In this document: one piece after another, positions 23,760-33,923 of the stretch
Layout of the letters: each line of letters opens with the position of its first letter
Numbering within the stretch: the stretch's first letter is position 1
Assembly (NCBI RefSeq): GCF_050481745.1
Contig: NZ_JBCNGR010000013.1
Coordinates: 81,214-121,213 of the forward strand
Source of the DNA: Paenibacillus algorifonticola
Lineage (GTDB): Bacteria > Bacillota > Bacilli > Paenibacillales > Paenibacillaceae
Reading direction: 5' to 3'
Length of the DNA stretch: 40,000 bases
Made by a program: the position numbers and the translations under genes
The notes under the pieces: model-generated
What the model was told of the DNA's origin: nothing
The model's database searches: none
What the model saw: the letters and a program-made list of their open reading frames with translations, nothing else

Positions 23760-24050
23760 CTACCGTCCTAAACGTTCTAAAGCCATTTTATACCCGTCGT
23801 TGCCATAATTCAAACAGCGCTTCACCCGCGAGATCGTAGCCGTGCTCGCCCCTGTCTCCGCTTCAATCTGATTGTATGTGCTGCCCTTGCCGAGCATCCG
23901 CGCTACTTCCAAACGCTGCGACAGCGACTGAATTTCATTAACCGTACACAAATCATCAAAAAACACATAACATTCCTCAACGGATTTTAAAGTTAAAATG
24001 GCCTCAAACAATTGATCTACTGCTTTATCGTTCAGCTTTTTGAGCTGCAT
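23760..24050 (-). CDS. yerC: YerC/YecD-family TrpR-like protein
   Basis: CTVNEIQSLSQRLEVARML...TGASTATISRVKRCLNYGNDGY is colinear with B. subtilis YerC. Start at ATG 24050 (SD GAGGAGTG 6 nt upstream). Confidence 0.85.
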   Translation of the reverse strand: MQLKKLNDKAVDQLFEAILTLKSVEECYVFFDDLCTVNEIQSLSQRLEVARMLGKGSTYNQIEAETGASTATISRVKRCLNYGNDGYKMALERLGR

Positions 24051-24279
24051 ATTCTTCACTCCTCTAGTCTTCAAACCGGACTTCCAATGCTCACATTGTA
24101 GCTTTTTTACCCGTTTTTTTCAAGCATTACCGTATTCACGCTTTACAGAACAGAAGAGCAAACGTGGGGCATCTGCCGTTATTTTTCTGCAAGACCCGTG
24201 ACATTCGTCCAATCCTTACGTTTGCCTATGCCATAGACTAATACCAAGTGTACTCCGCTTCACTATAAAATTTAAAAGG

Positions 24280-24858
24280 GTGATCAGCGTGAACTATCGC
24301 AATAATCCCGGCGGCTACCCCCAATATCCCCGCTACCCGCATGCTCAGCAGCCGCAGCAGTTCCAGCATCGCAGCAGCCGCCAGGGGCAGAGCCAGCTCA
24401 GCCCCGCCGTTAACCATAAGGCCAACGTATCCGGCTTACTGAATGAAAATGCGATCCCAGAGTTCCAGCCTCCGTTTCAATCGGTTCAAGCCTTACAGCC
24501 GGAGTCCCAGACCGTCGTCCCAGCTACCGCAGCCGAGCTTGCCGAATCCGTAGCCCCTGCCAAAGGCGGCGGATTCTCGCTCGCTAATTTGGGAGAGATC
24601 AAAGGCTTCGTCGACCGTATAGGCGGCATTGATGGCATTTTGTCCACCGTGACGAAGGTTCAGAAGGTGATGAGCAGCGTATCCCAGATGGCTCCACTCG
24701 TGAAGGTCATCATGGGCTCCTTTGGGAAAAAAGGGGCCGCGGACGACGCCACCGATGAAATAGAAGAGTTCATCCCTAAACGCAGGCGCCGCAAGTCCGG
24801 CAGCGGCTCCGCCACAGGACCCGCTAACCGCAGACGCAGAAGAAAACGTCGGCGCTAA
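24280..24858 (+). CDS. YqfQ-like low-complexity protein with a poly-Arg/Lys C-terminus
   Basis: Q/P-rich N-terminus, central ...LGEIKGFVDRIGGIDGILSTVTKVQKVMSSVSQMAPLVKV..., and a RRRRKSGSG...RRRRRKRRR tail. An alternative GTG start at 24289 has the better SD (AAGGGTGA). Confidence 0.6.
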   Translation: MISVNYRNNPGGYPQYPRYPHAQQPQQFQHRSSRQGQSQLSPAVNHKANVSGLLNENAIPEFQPPFQSVQALQPESQTVVPATAAELAESVAPAKGGGFSLANLGEIKGFVDRIGGIDGILSTVTKVQKVMSSVSQMAPLVKVIMGSFGKKGAADDATDEIEEFIPKRRRRKSGSGSATGPANRRRRRKRRR

Positions 24859-25003
24859 GCCCGAGGCAGCGGAGAACAGCCACGCTAACCAGCCTGACTC
24901 CTCCGCCATGCGAAGCTAACAACCCCGCATGGCGCGCCCCTACTACCAGCAGCAAGCGCTGCTGGCAGTAGATCTCTTTTTCACCACCCGCCATTCCCCG
25001 CCC

Positions 25004-25038
25004 AATAAAAAAGCCCGCATCCACAACGGACCGGGCTT
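25004..25038 (-). terminator. Rho-independent terminator after pit
   Basis: On the minus strand: AAGCCCG ... CGGGCTT followed by TTTTATT, 18 nt after the pit stop. Confidence 0.65.
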
Positions 25039-25055
25039 CCAAACGATATGCAAGC

Positions 25056-26051
25056 TTAAATGAACAGCAAATCCATTGCCCAGTAGACAGCCATAGCCAT
25101 CAGGACCGTGATCGGAATCGTAATGACCCACGCGACCAAAATGCGGCCCGCCATCGACCAGCGTACGCTGGCAAAGCGCTTGGCGCTGCCTACGCCGAGA
25201 ATCGAAGATGTAATGACATGCGTCGTACTTACCGGCAAATGCAGCACCGTTGCTGTCAAAATAACGGCAGCTGAGCCAATATCTGCGGCAAAGCCATTGA
25301 TCGGTTCGATTTTGAAAATCTTCGTACCCATCGTCTTAATGATTTTGTAGCCGCCGACGGATGTACCAAGCGCCATCGCCAGAGCAGCAGACAATTTAAC
25401 CCACAGCGGAACATCCAAATTATCTTGAACACCCGCAGCAACGAGCGCGAACGTGATAATTCCCATCGCCTTCTGCGCATCATTCGTACCATGCGAGAAC
25501 GATTGGAAGGCCGCCGTTACGATTTGGCTGAAACGGAAGCCTTTGTTCACCTGATGCGGGCTCGATTTGGCGAAAATCCGCTTAAGCAGCCACATAATGA
25601 TGAAACCTAATGAAAAAGCAATGAGCGGCGAAAAAATAAGCGCCTTAACGATATCAATAAAGCCTGATGCATTCAGCTTCTCCATGCCGGAGCTGGCAAT
25701 AACCGCACCAGCAAGCGACCCGATAAGCGCATGGGATGAGGAGGACGGAATACCGAACCACCACGTAATCAGGTTCCAGATAATAGCCGATATGAGCGCA
25801 GCGATAACCACTTCGACACCATTCGGCAATTCAGCCGGATTTGCAACGCCGCTTCCGATTGTTTTGGCTACCCCGGTAAACATAATTGCGCCGAGGAAGT
25901 TCATAGCCGCAGCCATCATAATCGCTACACGCGGCTTAAGCGCACGGGTCGATACCGACGTCGCAATCGCATTCGCGGTATCATGGAAGCCGTTAATAAA
26001 ATCAAAACCGAGTGCCAGAATGACAACCGTCCATAAAATATATGAATCCAT
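25056..26051 (-). CDS. pit: Inorganic phosphate transporter, PiT family
   Basis: FINGFHDTANAIATSVSTRAL and a second GTNDAQKAMGII repeat motif. Polytopic membrane protein. Confidence 0.9.
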   Translation of the reverse strand: MDSYILWTVVILALGFDFINGFHDTANAIATSVSTRALKPRVAIMMAAAMNFLGAIMFTGVAKTIGSGVANPAELPNGVEVVIAALISAIIWNLITWWFGIPSSSSHALIGSLAGAVIASSGMEKLNASGFIDIVKALIFSPLIAFSLGFIIMWLLKRIFAKSSPHQVNKGFRFSQIVTAAFQSFSHGTNDAQKAMGIITFALVAAGVQDNLDVPLWVKLSAALAMALGTSVGGYKIIKTMGTKIFKIEPINGFAADIGSAAVILTATVLHLPVSTTHVITSSILGVGSAKRFASVRWSMAGRILVAWVITIPITVLMAMAVYWAMDLLFI

Positions 26052-26075
26052 TAGAGTTGACTCCCACTTTCCGCG

Positions 26076-26687
26076 TTAGCTATTGCGCATAATAATCGAT
26101 TCCAGCGTATTGGCAACATCCTCGCAATAGTCGGTCGTTTGCTCCAGCATTTCATAAATTTCCTTGCGTTTCATCAGCTCAATCGGATCGCTTACGTTCG
26201 CGAACAAGCTTGTAATACATACGCGAAGCAGATCATCGGCTTGATTTTCCAGCTCGTTGAGCGCAATGTTCGGCTCACGAATAGCCAGCAGCTTCTTCTG
26301 TGTCAGCAAATAAATGGCTTTCTTGATCTGATGCGCGCAGCGCAGCAAAATGTCGCCAAACAGCTGAATGTACTCATCCTTCTCCTTGATGTTGTACATT
26401 TCGAAACGCGAAGCGCAAGCCTCGATTCCATCCAGCACATCGTCAAGCGAAGTCGTCAGCGCCATAATATCTTCTCGTTCAATCGGAGTGATGAACGTTT
26501 TGTTCAATTCCTTCAAAATCGTGTGCACATACTTGTCGCACTGGCTTTCGTATTCCTTCATCGTCTTGGCGAAAGCAGAGACATCGGACAAATCCGACAA
26601 TCCGTTTGAGAAATATTCAACAGCGACAACGAGTGCATCGGCCATTTCTTCAAACGTTTTAAAGAAAATATCTTTTTTCTTGAACAT
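26076..26687 (-). CDS. ykaA: DUF47/PhoU-like Pit accessory protein (YkaA-like)
   Basis: MFKKKDIFFKTFEEMA... helical DUF47-type protein immediately upstream of pit, as in B. subtilis ykaA-pit. Start at ATG 26687 (SD AAAGGGGA); the ORF-track extension to 26777 is rejected. Confidence 0.85.
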   Translation of the reverse strand: MFKKKDIFFKTFEEMADALVVAVEYFSNGLSDLSDVSAFAKTMKEYESQCDKYVHTILKELNKTFITPIEREDIMALTTSLDDVLDGIEACASRFEMYNIKEKDEYIQLFGDILLRCAHQIKKAIYLLTQKKLLAIREPNIALNELENQADDLLRVCITSLFANVSDPIELMKRKEIYEMLEQTTDYCEDVANTLESIIMRNS

Positions 26688-26977
26688 CGTAATCCCCTTT
26701 ACCGGCTGGATGTTTTGTTTGGGCATTTTGTCGATCATTGGTGACCTTTGGTGGATAAGCCCAGAATATCTTAACACAGTTTACTTTAAAATTGTTAACG
26801 GAATATTAACGTTCATGAAAAAAATTTCTTTTTTTCAGTCTATGCAGTCATTACGTTCATTTCATCCGCTTCCAAAACAAAGGCGCCGCCTCGTAAAGAG
26901 ACAGCGCCTAAGCTTATATTGCCACGGGCACAGAAGCACTCTTCACCTGCTAGAAGTGTTTCCAAACCGTGCTTTTT

Positions 26978-28036
26978 TTACCCATACATCACATGATCAG
27001 CAATCGATTTCGTATTCGGGACAATGTGGAAAAAGGTTTTGCCCGGCACAAGAGCAAGCTCCTTGCCATCCTTCACGATCCGGATCATATTGTCCGGCGC
27101 CCGTACCCACGATGCCTCCGTCATCCGCCCCTGCTGGAACAGCATCGCATCTCCGCCCGCCTGCAGATCGACCGCGAGCCGTCCTTCATTGTCCAGCGTC
27201 TTATGGCTTGCAGCCAGTACGACCAGATTCGAAGCCGCAAGCTGCTCATTATTGTTGAGGTCAATATGCGCTTCATCGTTGATGGAACGCTTATATAGCT
27301 TGCTCGCCTCATCATAGGCATAAGAAACCTTATAATCCTTCAGCGTAAAATGAATCGTAACCGCCGTCGCAGGAGTCGTTGCCTCCGCTGCGCCGTTCTC
27401 CGCAAACACGTAGGCAGGCACTGCTGTATCCTGCTTGTAATTTTTCTTCTCCGCTCCGGAACGCAGCTTCTCTAAATCCGAATACAAATTATGCGGCGCC
27501 TTGCGCTCCTTGCTGCGCCAGAAATACGCTCCCGCGTTCGAAATTTCATCCAAATACGGCTTCTTCTGCTGCTGCAAAATCGCATAAGCGTCATTGCTGC
27601 CGCCTGCATGGGCAAGTACAGCTCCGTAGCTTTCGCCAATATTAATCAAATAAGGGCGGATGCTGCGAATCGGACCAATGGAATCGGTTATCGCATCCGT
27701 GCTTTGGAACAGCGCAACGAGCCTCGTAATGCCGCCTTCCGCCAGCACCTCCCACACCACATCGGCATTCGACAAGCCCGATTGCGGACGAGCTGGCTTC
27801 AAGTTGTTGATCATGACAGCAATTGGCCGCTCCAATGCTTCTGTCTGCCGACCAACTCCCGTTAATGGCGCTTGATACGGCAGTGATCCCGGTGAGACGC
27901 TAGGGCTTGGCAAAGCGCTTGGCTCGGGCGAAGTGGATGGAACCGCTTCCCCTTTACTGCCTCCCCCGCAAGCTGCAAGCAGTACAAGCAGCAGCAGAAT
28001 GCTGGACGTTAAACCGATTCTTTTTCCCAATTTCAT
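26978..28036 (-). CDS. yerB: DUF3048 lipoprotein (YerB-like)
   Basis: Lipobox LLLAACGG. APLTG...RPIAVMINNLKPARPQSGLSNADVVWEVLAEGGITRL is the DUF3048 signature. Confidence 0.8.
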   Translation of the reverse strand: MKLGKRIGLTSSILLLLVLLAACGGGSKGEAVPSTSPEPSALPSPSVSPGSLPYQAPLTGVGRQTEALERPIAVMINNLKPARPQSGLSNADVVWEVLAEGGITRLVALFQSTDAITDSIGPIRSIRPYLINIGESYGAVLAHAGGSNDAYAILQQQKKPYLDEISNAGAYFWRSKERKAPHNLYSDLEKLRSGAEKKNYKQDTAVPAYVFAENGAAEATTPATAVTIHFTLKDYKVSYAYDEASKLYKRSINDEAHIDLNNNEQLAASNLVVLAASHKTLDNEGRLAVDLQAGGDAMLFQQGRMTEASWVRAPDNMIRIVKDGKELALVPGKTFFHIVPNTKSIADHVMYG

Positions 28037-28119
28037 AAATGATACCCGCCTTTATCCGAATGATCCAAGGTGAAACGGCTGTGGCCATCCTTTTGAGGCG
28101 CAGCGCGTTTCAATCCGAG

Positions 28120-28163
28120 AAATATACGCATTTATAAGTTGAAACTTATAAATGCGTATATTT
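28120..28163. repeat. Perfect 21-bp inverted repeat with a 2-nt spacer
   Basis: AAATATACGCATTTATAAGTT-GA-AACTTATAAATGCGTATATTT, lying between the hydrolase terminator and the yerB-like start. Confidence 0.85.
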
Positions 28164-28300
28164 TTATAATTTCAAATCTATCCTCTAGCGTGATAGATAA
28201 CATGACAATTTACGCAGCAAAAAGCTCGCAAAAGCAGCTTAGCTGCCTTTTCTACCTTTCTACTATACCACAGGATGATAGAAGGAGTAACAAATTAAGC

Positions 28301-28345
28301 AAAAACAGGACCTGCTCACGCGTGAGTCCCACGTGACAGGTCCTG
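28301..28345 (-). terminator. Rho-independent terminator after the alpha/beta hydrolase gene
   Basis: On the minus strand: CAGGACCTG ... CAGGTCCTG (9-bp stem, structured loop) followed by TTTTTGCTTAATTTG, about 50 nt after the stop. Confidence 0.7.
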
Positions 28346-28392
28346 CCATAAAGCCGGATGCCGCCGTAAGCGGCACTACCTTTTTTCCCAAT

Positions 28393-29220
28393 TTAAATGC
28401 TCCAGTGATGCCATTCCTGCTGCTTCTTATCCAGCCCCTCCAGCCATTCCGAGCTGATGCGAATTGCTTCCTCCTGATGCTGGCGGTTGGAATACGTATG
28501 CGACGCTTGAAAAATAATTTCCTTGTCGCACAGCCCCTCGCTGCGGGTCCAGAACACCTTCTGATAGAGGAAGCTGTAATCGACGGGAATGAGTTCATCG
28601 CTCGTGCCATGGACGAGCAGAACGTCGCCGGAGAAGCGTGTTGCTGCCTGAAACGGCTGATGCTCAAGCAGAGAGTCGAAGAAGACGGGCTTCAGCGTAA
28701 AACCGGAATAATCAACGGAGCCGGATTGTACCGCTTCATCATAGCCCTTTCTGCCGACAATTCGGACAATATCATTGAAGGGATAAGCAACTGGCGACCA
28801 TAGAAGGAGGCGCTTGACCCGTTTATCCTTAACGGCTGTCATAATAGAGACGGCTCCGCCCAGGCTATGTCCAAGCAATACAATCCGGCGCGGGTCGACG
28901 CATTCCATGCTCGTGATGTAGTCAAGCGCTGTGCGCGTCTGATTGACCATGCTGTCGAAGCCAAGCGAGCCGTAATCGCCATTGCTCTCGCCGCAGCCGC
29001 CATAATCGAAGCGCAGCACATACGAGCCTTGGGCAGCAAGGGCTCGGGCTGCTTTTACGAATAAGCGGTCCACACCGATGCGGCTGCCAACAAAGCCATG
29101 GCAAATAATGATCGCCTGCCGTTTGCAGTCGTCGTTCTTCTTCTCATCCGTCGGATAATGCAGCGTAGCTGCCAGCTCCAAGCCTTCATGGCGCAATACC
29201 AGGTGCTTCTCCATGTCCAA
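28393..29220 (-). CDS. Alpha/beta-fold hydrolase
   Basis: ICHGFVGSR..., nucleophile elbow GHSLGG, and a late HG.SD..IP segment. Confidence 0.8.
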   Translation of the reverse strand: MDMEKHLVLRHEGLELAATLHYPTDEKKNDDCKRQAIIICHGFVGSRIGVDRLFVKAARALAAQGSYVLRFDYGGCGESNGDYGSLGFDSMVNQTRTALDYITSMECVDPRRIVLLGHSLGGAVSIMTAVKDKRVKRLLLWSPVAYPFNDIVRIVGRKGYDEAVQSGSVDYSGFTLKPVFFDSLLEHQPFQAATRFSGDVLLVHGTSDELIPVDYSFLYQKVFWTRSEGLCDKEIIFQASHTYSNRQHQEEAIRISSEWLEGLDKKQQEWHHWSI

Positions 29221-29331
29221 AACCTCCTGCCGTTTCCATACAGCGTCTTAATTATGTTAATTCCTACCTGAATACTTTGAATTTGTTAAAGTCATAATAG
29301 CACCCGCAGATGCTGCTGTCAATCCGTTATT

Positions 29332-29913
29332 TTATACTAGATCGCAAGCTTCAACCGGCATCCAGTGCTCATCCTGTCCATCCCATTTGACGTTGCAGCC
29401 AATCGGATTGGTGTACGGCACCGACACCTCCTTGCCCAGCGTATGCTCGGTAAGCGCACGCTCCAAATCATAAACCGTCACTTTGCTCGAATCCTTAGGC
29501 TGGTCAACTCCCCGGCCCGTATAAACCAGCTTGCGCTCTTTATCAAAAACATAAAAATGCGGCGTACGCAGCGCCCCATAAGCTTTGGCAACCTCTTGCG
29601 TATCATCGCGCAAATACGTCCAAGGAAACTCCAGCTCTTTCATTCGCTCCACCATATGCTCAAAGGAATCATGCGGCTTCGTAGCAATGCTGTTCGCATT
29701 AATGCCGACGAAAGCAACACCCTTTTCCTTGAACTTGATGGCCGTCTTGCGCGTAAGCTCGTCCGATCCAACGACATAAGGACAATGATTACAGGTAAAA
29801 AATATGACCAGCGTGTCCGCATCGGCAAAATTATGCAGCGAATAGCTTTTGCCATCCGTCGCCGGAAGCGTAAAATCTGGTGCTTGCTGACCAATCTGAA
29901 CAGTGAAAGACAT
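29332..29913 (-). CDS. Thioredoxin-fold redoxin (AhpC/TSA-like) protein
   Basis: [16 protein letters not shown]...[10 protein letters not shown] redox motif. Start at ATG 29913 (SD GGGAGGG 6 nt upstream). Confidence 0.8.
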   Translation of the reverse strand: MSFTVQIGQQAPDFTLPATDGKSYSLHNFADADTLVIFFTCNHCPYVVGSDELTRKTAIKFKEKGVAFVGINANSIATKPHDSFEHMVERMKELEFPWTYLRDDTQEVAKAYGALRTPHFYVFDKERKLVYTGRGVDQPKDSSKVTVYDLERALTEHTLGKEVSVPYTNPIGCNVKWDGQDEHWMPVEACDLV

Positions 29914-30076
29914 TATAATCCCTCCCAGTATGAAATGACCATCCCCTATATTGTACCACAATTAGGCAAAGCTTTTTCTGATGGTCTAACAGCGCTTCGG
30001 ACATATTAATGAAAAGCAGCAAGTTATTAATCAATTAGGCAGCTTTCGAGGCCGCCAAAAAAGGAGTGAAGCTTAT

Positions 30077-30196
30077 ATGCCTGCATGGATTGTATGGCTT
30101 ACTGATCACTGGCTTTCCGTTATGCTAACGTTTGGTGTCGTCGTTGCTGTCGTCTGGGTATTGTTCAATCGCAATCTGCTGTTTAACAAAAATTAG
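30077..30196 (+). CDS. Possible 39-aa single-TM micro-protein
   Basis: SD AAAGGAGTGA 7 nt upstream of ATG. Sequence MPAWIVWLTDHWLSVMLTFGVVVAVVWVLFNRNLLFNKN. It ends at a GC hairpin. It is too short for the ORF track. Confidence 0.4.
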   Translation: MPAWIVWLTDHWLSVMLTFGVVVAVVWVLFNRNLLFNKN

Positions 30197-30213
30197 CCGC
30201 CCTCCCGGGCGGC
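30196..30213. terminator. GC hairpin GCCGCCC-TCCC-GGGCGGC; terminator for the kinase gene (minus), possibly bidirectional
   Basis: On the minus strand the hairpin is followed by TAATTTTTG. On the plus strand the T-run is weaker. Confidence 0.55.
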
Positions 30214-30268
30214 TGATTCCGTACCTTTGCGTATATGCCATATAGGCTTGCGCCAAAATACATTCTGG

Positions 30269-31678
30269 CTATGTTGCTGGTTTGTCCTGATGGCTGATTG
30301 GCAGCTTGATCGTAATTACTGTTCCAGCACCACGCTCGCTGTCTATTTTCATCTCGCCGGCATGCAGCTCGGTAATTTCCTTGCAGATCGCGAGCCCAAG
30401 CCCGCTTCCACCCTGCCCTGTATTTGCCTTATAAAACTTCTCCGTCACATGGGGAATGTCCTCGGCCTCGATTCCGCAGCCGGTATCGGCAACGGTCAGC
30501 AGCGCAAAGCTATCATCAGGCGTAATGGAGACCGACACGCGAATGGTGCCGCCTGCTGGCGTGAACTTGAATGCATTGTCAATTAAATTAATGATAACCT
30601 GCTTCAAGCGGTTCGCATCCGCATACACCATCACCGGCGATTTTCCTAGCGTGACGAGCAGCTTTACACCCGTCTGATCCTGCCGGACACCAAGCTGGGC
30701 GGCCGTCTCCTTCACCGGGCTGTTGAGATCCAGCAGCTCCGCATGAAGCTCCATGCTTCCTGCCGACAGCTTGGAGAAATCGAGCAAATCCTCCACAAGC
30801 CCCGATAAACGCAGCGTTTCATGGCTAATAATTTGCAGCCCCAGCTTCATTTCCTCATTGTCGGCCGGATCGCCTTCCTTCAGCGTCTCGCTCCAGCCTC
30901 TAATGGACGTAAGCGGCGTTCGCAGCTCGTGGGAAATGGAGGAGATAAAATCATTTTTGAGCTTCTCCCGGTGATTCAGCTCTACGACCATCGTATTGAA
31001 CGTTTCCGCCAGCTGTCCTATTTCATCATTGCTTCGCTTTGTCGCCCGCCTCGTCCAATCGCCATCAGCCATGTACCTCGCTGCACGCGTCAGCTCGCGA
31101 ATAGGGCGTACAATACGCTGCGCCAGCCATAGGCTTAAGCCAAGGAACAGCAAAATGACCGCCAGCCCGACAAATGCCGTCATGCGCAGCAGCTGGCTTA
31201 CCATATCGTCCACGGCGCTGATGGAGGCCGAATAACGCAGTAGGGATACAACATGTGTATCGTTCCAGACCGGTATCGTAATCGACGTGACCCGTTCCTT
31301 ATAATAAGGATCATTGCCCTGCCAAATATCCGTATTCCCGTTCATCGCTGCCTGGACGTCCAGCGTGTTGTAATGTACATCTTCCACCAGCCCGTCAGAG
31401 TCCATGCGTACGTTGCCATACACATCAAGCAGCTGAAGCCGTGTATCGCCCTCCACCATATATTGCAGCATGTAATCGGCTTGATCATGCATTTTCAGTG
31501 AAGCCATCGTCCGGTTATGTGTGGCAAGGGCAGATACGGCCCGCTGCTTAACCGAGCTTTGTGCGCTGCCATAATAATAGTTGGTAATCAATGTAGCAAA
31601 AAGTCCGCCGAGCACGACGACAACGAGCGCAATCAGCAGCAAATAGCTCCACACGATTCTCGTCTTGAGACTGTTCAT
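30269..31678 (-). CDS. Sensor histidine kinase (two TM segments, HAMP, HisKA, HATPase)
   Basis: H-box SHELRTPLTSI and N/G boxes DNAFKFT, DTGCGI, GGSGLGL. ATG 31678 forms an ATGA overlap with the regulator stop, so I prefer it over ORF-track 31717. Confidence 0.9.
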   Translation of the reverse strand: MNSLKTRIVWSYLLLIALVVVVLGGLFATLITNYYYGSAQSSVKQRAVSALATHNRTMASLKMHDQADYMLQYMVEGDTRLQLLDVYGNVRMDSDGLVEDVHYNTLDVQAAMNGNTDIWQGNDPYYKERVTSITIPVWNDTHVVSLLRYSASISAVDDMVSQLLRMTAFVGLAVILLFLGLSLWLAQRIVRPIRELTRAARYMADGDWTRRATKRSNDEIGQLAETFNTMVVELNHREKLKNDFISSISHELRTPLTSIRGWSETLKEGDPADNEEMKLGLQIISHETLRLSGLVEDLLDFSKLSAGSMELHAELLDLNSPVKETAAQLGVRQDQTGVKLLVTLGKSPVMVYADANRLKQVIINLIDNAFKFTPAGGTIRVSVSITPDDSFALLTVADTGCGIEAEDIPHVTEKFYKANTGQGGSGLGLAICKEITELHAGEMKIDSERGAGTVITIKLPISHQDKPAT

Positions 31679-32457
31679 CCGCTGCTGCCCCTTCTCCAGC
31701 GGTAGCCGAAGCCCCATACCGTTTCGATGAAAGCAGGCTCAGAGGAATTGTCTTCGATTTTTTGGCGCACCCGCCTAATGTTTACGTCAACGACCTTAAG
31801 GTCGCCCACATAATAACGGCCCCAAACCTCGCTTAAAATATCATCGCGGCTGACGCTTTTGCCTTCCCGCTCCATTAATAGCCGCACCAGCGTCCATTCG
31901 GTCGGGGTCAAAATAATTTCCTCATCGTTTTTCCATAGCTTGCGCGCAGATACCGACAGGCGGAACGGCCCTAGTTTCAGCTCGTCATCCGCTTGTGCTG
32001 CTTGTGCAGCTTGCGTCATAAGACCAGCCGTTGCCTCTTGGGCTGCCGCCGCCTGAAGCAGCGCAGCATTCGGCTGCATTCTGCGATAGAGCGACTTGAT
32101 GCGGGCAATCAGCTCGCCTGGGCTGAATGGCTTCTGCACATAATCGTCGGCGCCAAGCTCCAGTCCGTGAATTTTATCCTCTTCCTGCGACTTTGCGGTC
32201 AGCATAATGATGCCCATGCTCGGAAATTTGCTGCGCAGCTGCTCGCATACCTCAAAGCCGCTAATCGTCGGCAGCATCACATCAAGCAGCGCAATATCGA
32301 ACGGACCCTCGGCATCAGCCAAGGCGAGCGCCGTTTCTCCATCGCCTGCTTCCGTCACTTCCATCTCATTGCGTTTTAGATTAATGCGGACAAAGCCGCG
32401 AATCGCTTCTTCATCTTCCAGCAGCAAAATACGCATAGGTCCACCCACTTTTTCCAT
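31675..32457 (-). CDS. OmpR-family response regulator with an Ala/Gln-rich linker insertion
   Basis: Receiver domain MRILLLEDEEAIRG...LLDVMLP and C-terminal wHTH LTPTEWTLVRLL...GFGYRW. The linker AALLQAAAAQEATAGLMTQAAQAAQA is about 25 aa longer than usual. Confidence 0.9.
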   Translation of the reverse strand: MEKVGGPMRILLLEDEEAIRGFVRINLKRNEMEVTEAGDGETALALADAEGPFDIALLDVMLPTISGFEVCEQLRSKFPSMGIIMLTAKSQEEDKIHGLELGADDYVQKPFSPGELIARIKSLYRRMQPNAALLQAAAAQEATAGLMTQAAQAAQADDELKLGPFRLSVSARKLWKNDEEIILTPTEWTLVRLLMEREGKSVSRDDILSEVWGRYYVGDLKVVDVNIRRVRQKIEDNSSEPAFIETVWGFGYRWRRGSSG

Positions 32458-33923
32458 TAGTCCGGCCTCGGTACCAGCAATTCCGGCAGTTGATCCTTAT
32501 TCAGCTGCATCGCATAAAACAGCTGGCGATCACTGATATCCATCGTTCCTGGAGGAGCAAGCTGCTGTGCAAAAATGTACACCAAGCCCGCATAATTGAA
32601 CACGACATTGTAAGAGCGGTCTGACTCTTTCCACTCTTCCTGAACGCTGCCCCATTTCGTTAATGGAACCGCATATAATGTGCCAAGCTCGGACTTGTAG
32701 CCGGTTTTTTCATTCCAATATTCAAAGGTGACGATGCCATATTCCCGGTGGACTTCCGGGCTTCTCAGCGTATAGTGTCCCTTCCACTGATTCGGAATCG
32801 TAAAGCTGATTTGGTAGCTGTTGCTCGTAAACTCTTCCTTGATCGACTTGAAGCCCTTATCCCCATCCCATTGCAGCCACTCGTTCACCCACAGCATCCC
32901 GGCATATGGGAGATCTGGATAGCCTGCTGGCTCTTTGGGCCGGGACAGCTCAATAATGCCATCGCCATTAATATCTTCATTTTGCGTCGGCGTTCCCGAA
33001 ACGAGCGCATTTCCATATTCGCCCTGCTCGGATAACGCAACTGGCCGCAGCTTGCCTTTTTCCCACACATACATAAATGTATACATCGAATGGGCGCCTA
33101 CCGCAGCTTCCAAAACGATACCCGTATGCCGATCGGAAATTTTGCCAATCAACAGCCGGTCATAGTTAATGACATCATTGCTAAGATCGAGCTGCTGGAG
33201 CGCATGAAGCTTGCCCTTTGTCCATTCATATACCGTGAGCTTATAGTTCGGCAGCTGCACTTCCTGATTGGCCCAATCCCCCGTGACAACCGCCAGCTCC
33301 AGCTTTCCATCACCGTTCAGATCGCCTGCTTCCGCGTACAAATATGGCAGGGAATCCTCCGGCTCAAGCACAAGCTTGCCTTCCTCATTGCGCACTGGCG
33401 TTTGGCTAAGCGAATACAGCTCGACCATATTGGAGCCATCATAGGAGCCGATCCAGCCGACGGCCAAATCAAGCTTGCCATCTTTGTCATAATCGTTTAC
33501 TTTCATCCAGTCCATGCGCATCGATAAAGGCTGCTGAATCGTATAATAGGGCTTCCAGGTGTTGCCCCGGTAACGGAGCAGCATTAGCTCAGGAGAGCTG
33601 TATTCATTGTTGAAAGAAACGAGCGCCTCGTCTATGCCATCGCCATCTACATCGAGCAGTCGCACGGCACCAAGATTGTCATCCCGCATCGGAAGTGCAA
33701 GCTGCGCATGAGGCGGCAAAGCTTTCTGCACAGCCTGAACGAGCGCCTGCTTGTCCGAGGCGATAGTAGGCTTTTCAAGCAAATCCGCAGGAGCCGCCGT
33801 ATAGCGGCAGCCGGTTGCTAATAAACAAAGCAAGGCGGCTGCAAGCAGCGCCCCGCTTATTTTGGATATAAACAATCGCTTAAGCCCCCTTAAACATACG
33901 GCCCGAAGGCAGACCGGAATCAA
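32457..33923 (-). CDS. Lipoprotein with FG-GAP/VCBS-like Asp-rich repeats
   Basis: Lipobox LLATGC and repeats DVDGDGIDE, DYDKDGKLDLAV, GDLNGDGKLELAV, DINGDGIIE. The TTG start overlaps the upstream stop (TTGA), and its own stop overlaps the regulator ATG (TAATG). Confidence 0.7.
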   Translation of the reverse strand: MIPVCLRAVCLRGLKRLFISKISGALLAAALLCLLATGCRYTAAPADLLEKPTIASDKQALVQAVQKALPPHAQLALPMRDDNLGAVRLLDVDGDGIDEALVSFNNEYSSPELMLLRYRGNTWKPYYTIQQPLSMRMDWMKVNDYDKDGKLDLAVGWIGSYDGSNMVELYSLSQTPVRNEEGKLVLEPEDSLPYLYAEAGDLNGDGKLELAVVTGDWANQEVQLPNYKLTVYEWTKGKLHALQQLDLSNDVINYDRLLIGKISDRHTGIVLEAAVGAHSMYTFMYVWEKGKLRPVALSEQGEYGNALVSGTPTQNEDINGDGIIELSRPKEPAGYPDLPYAGMLWVNEWLQWDGDKGFKSIKEEFTSNSYQISFTIPNQWKGHYTLRSPEVHREYGIVTFEYWNEKTGYKSELGTLYAVPLTKWGSVQEEWKESDRSYNVVFNYAGLVYIFAQQLAPPGTMDISDRQLFYAMQLNKDQLPELLVPRPD

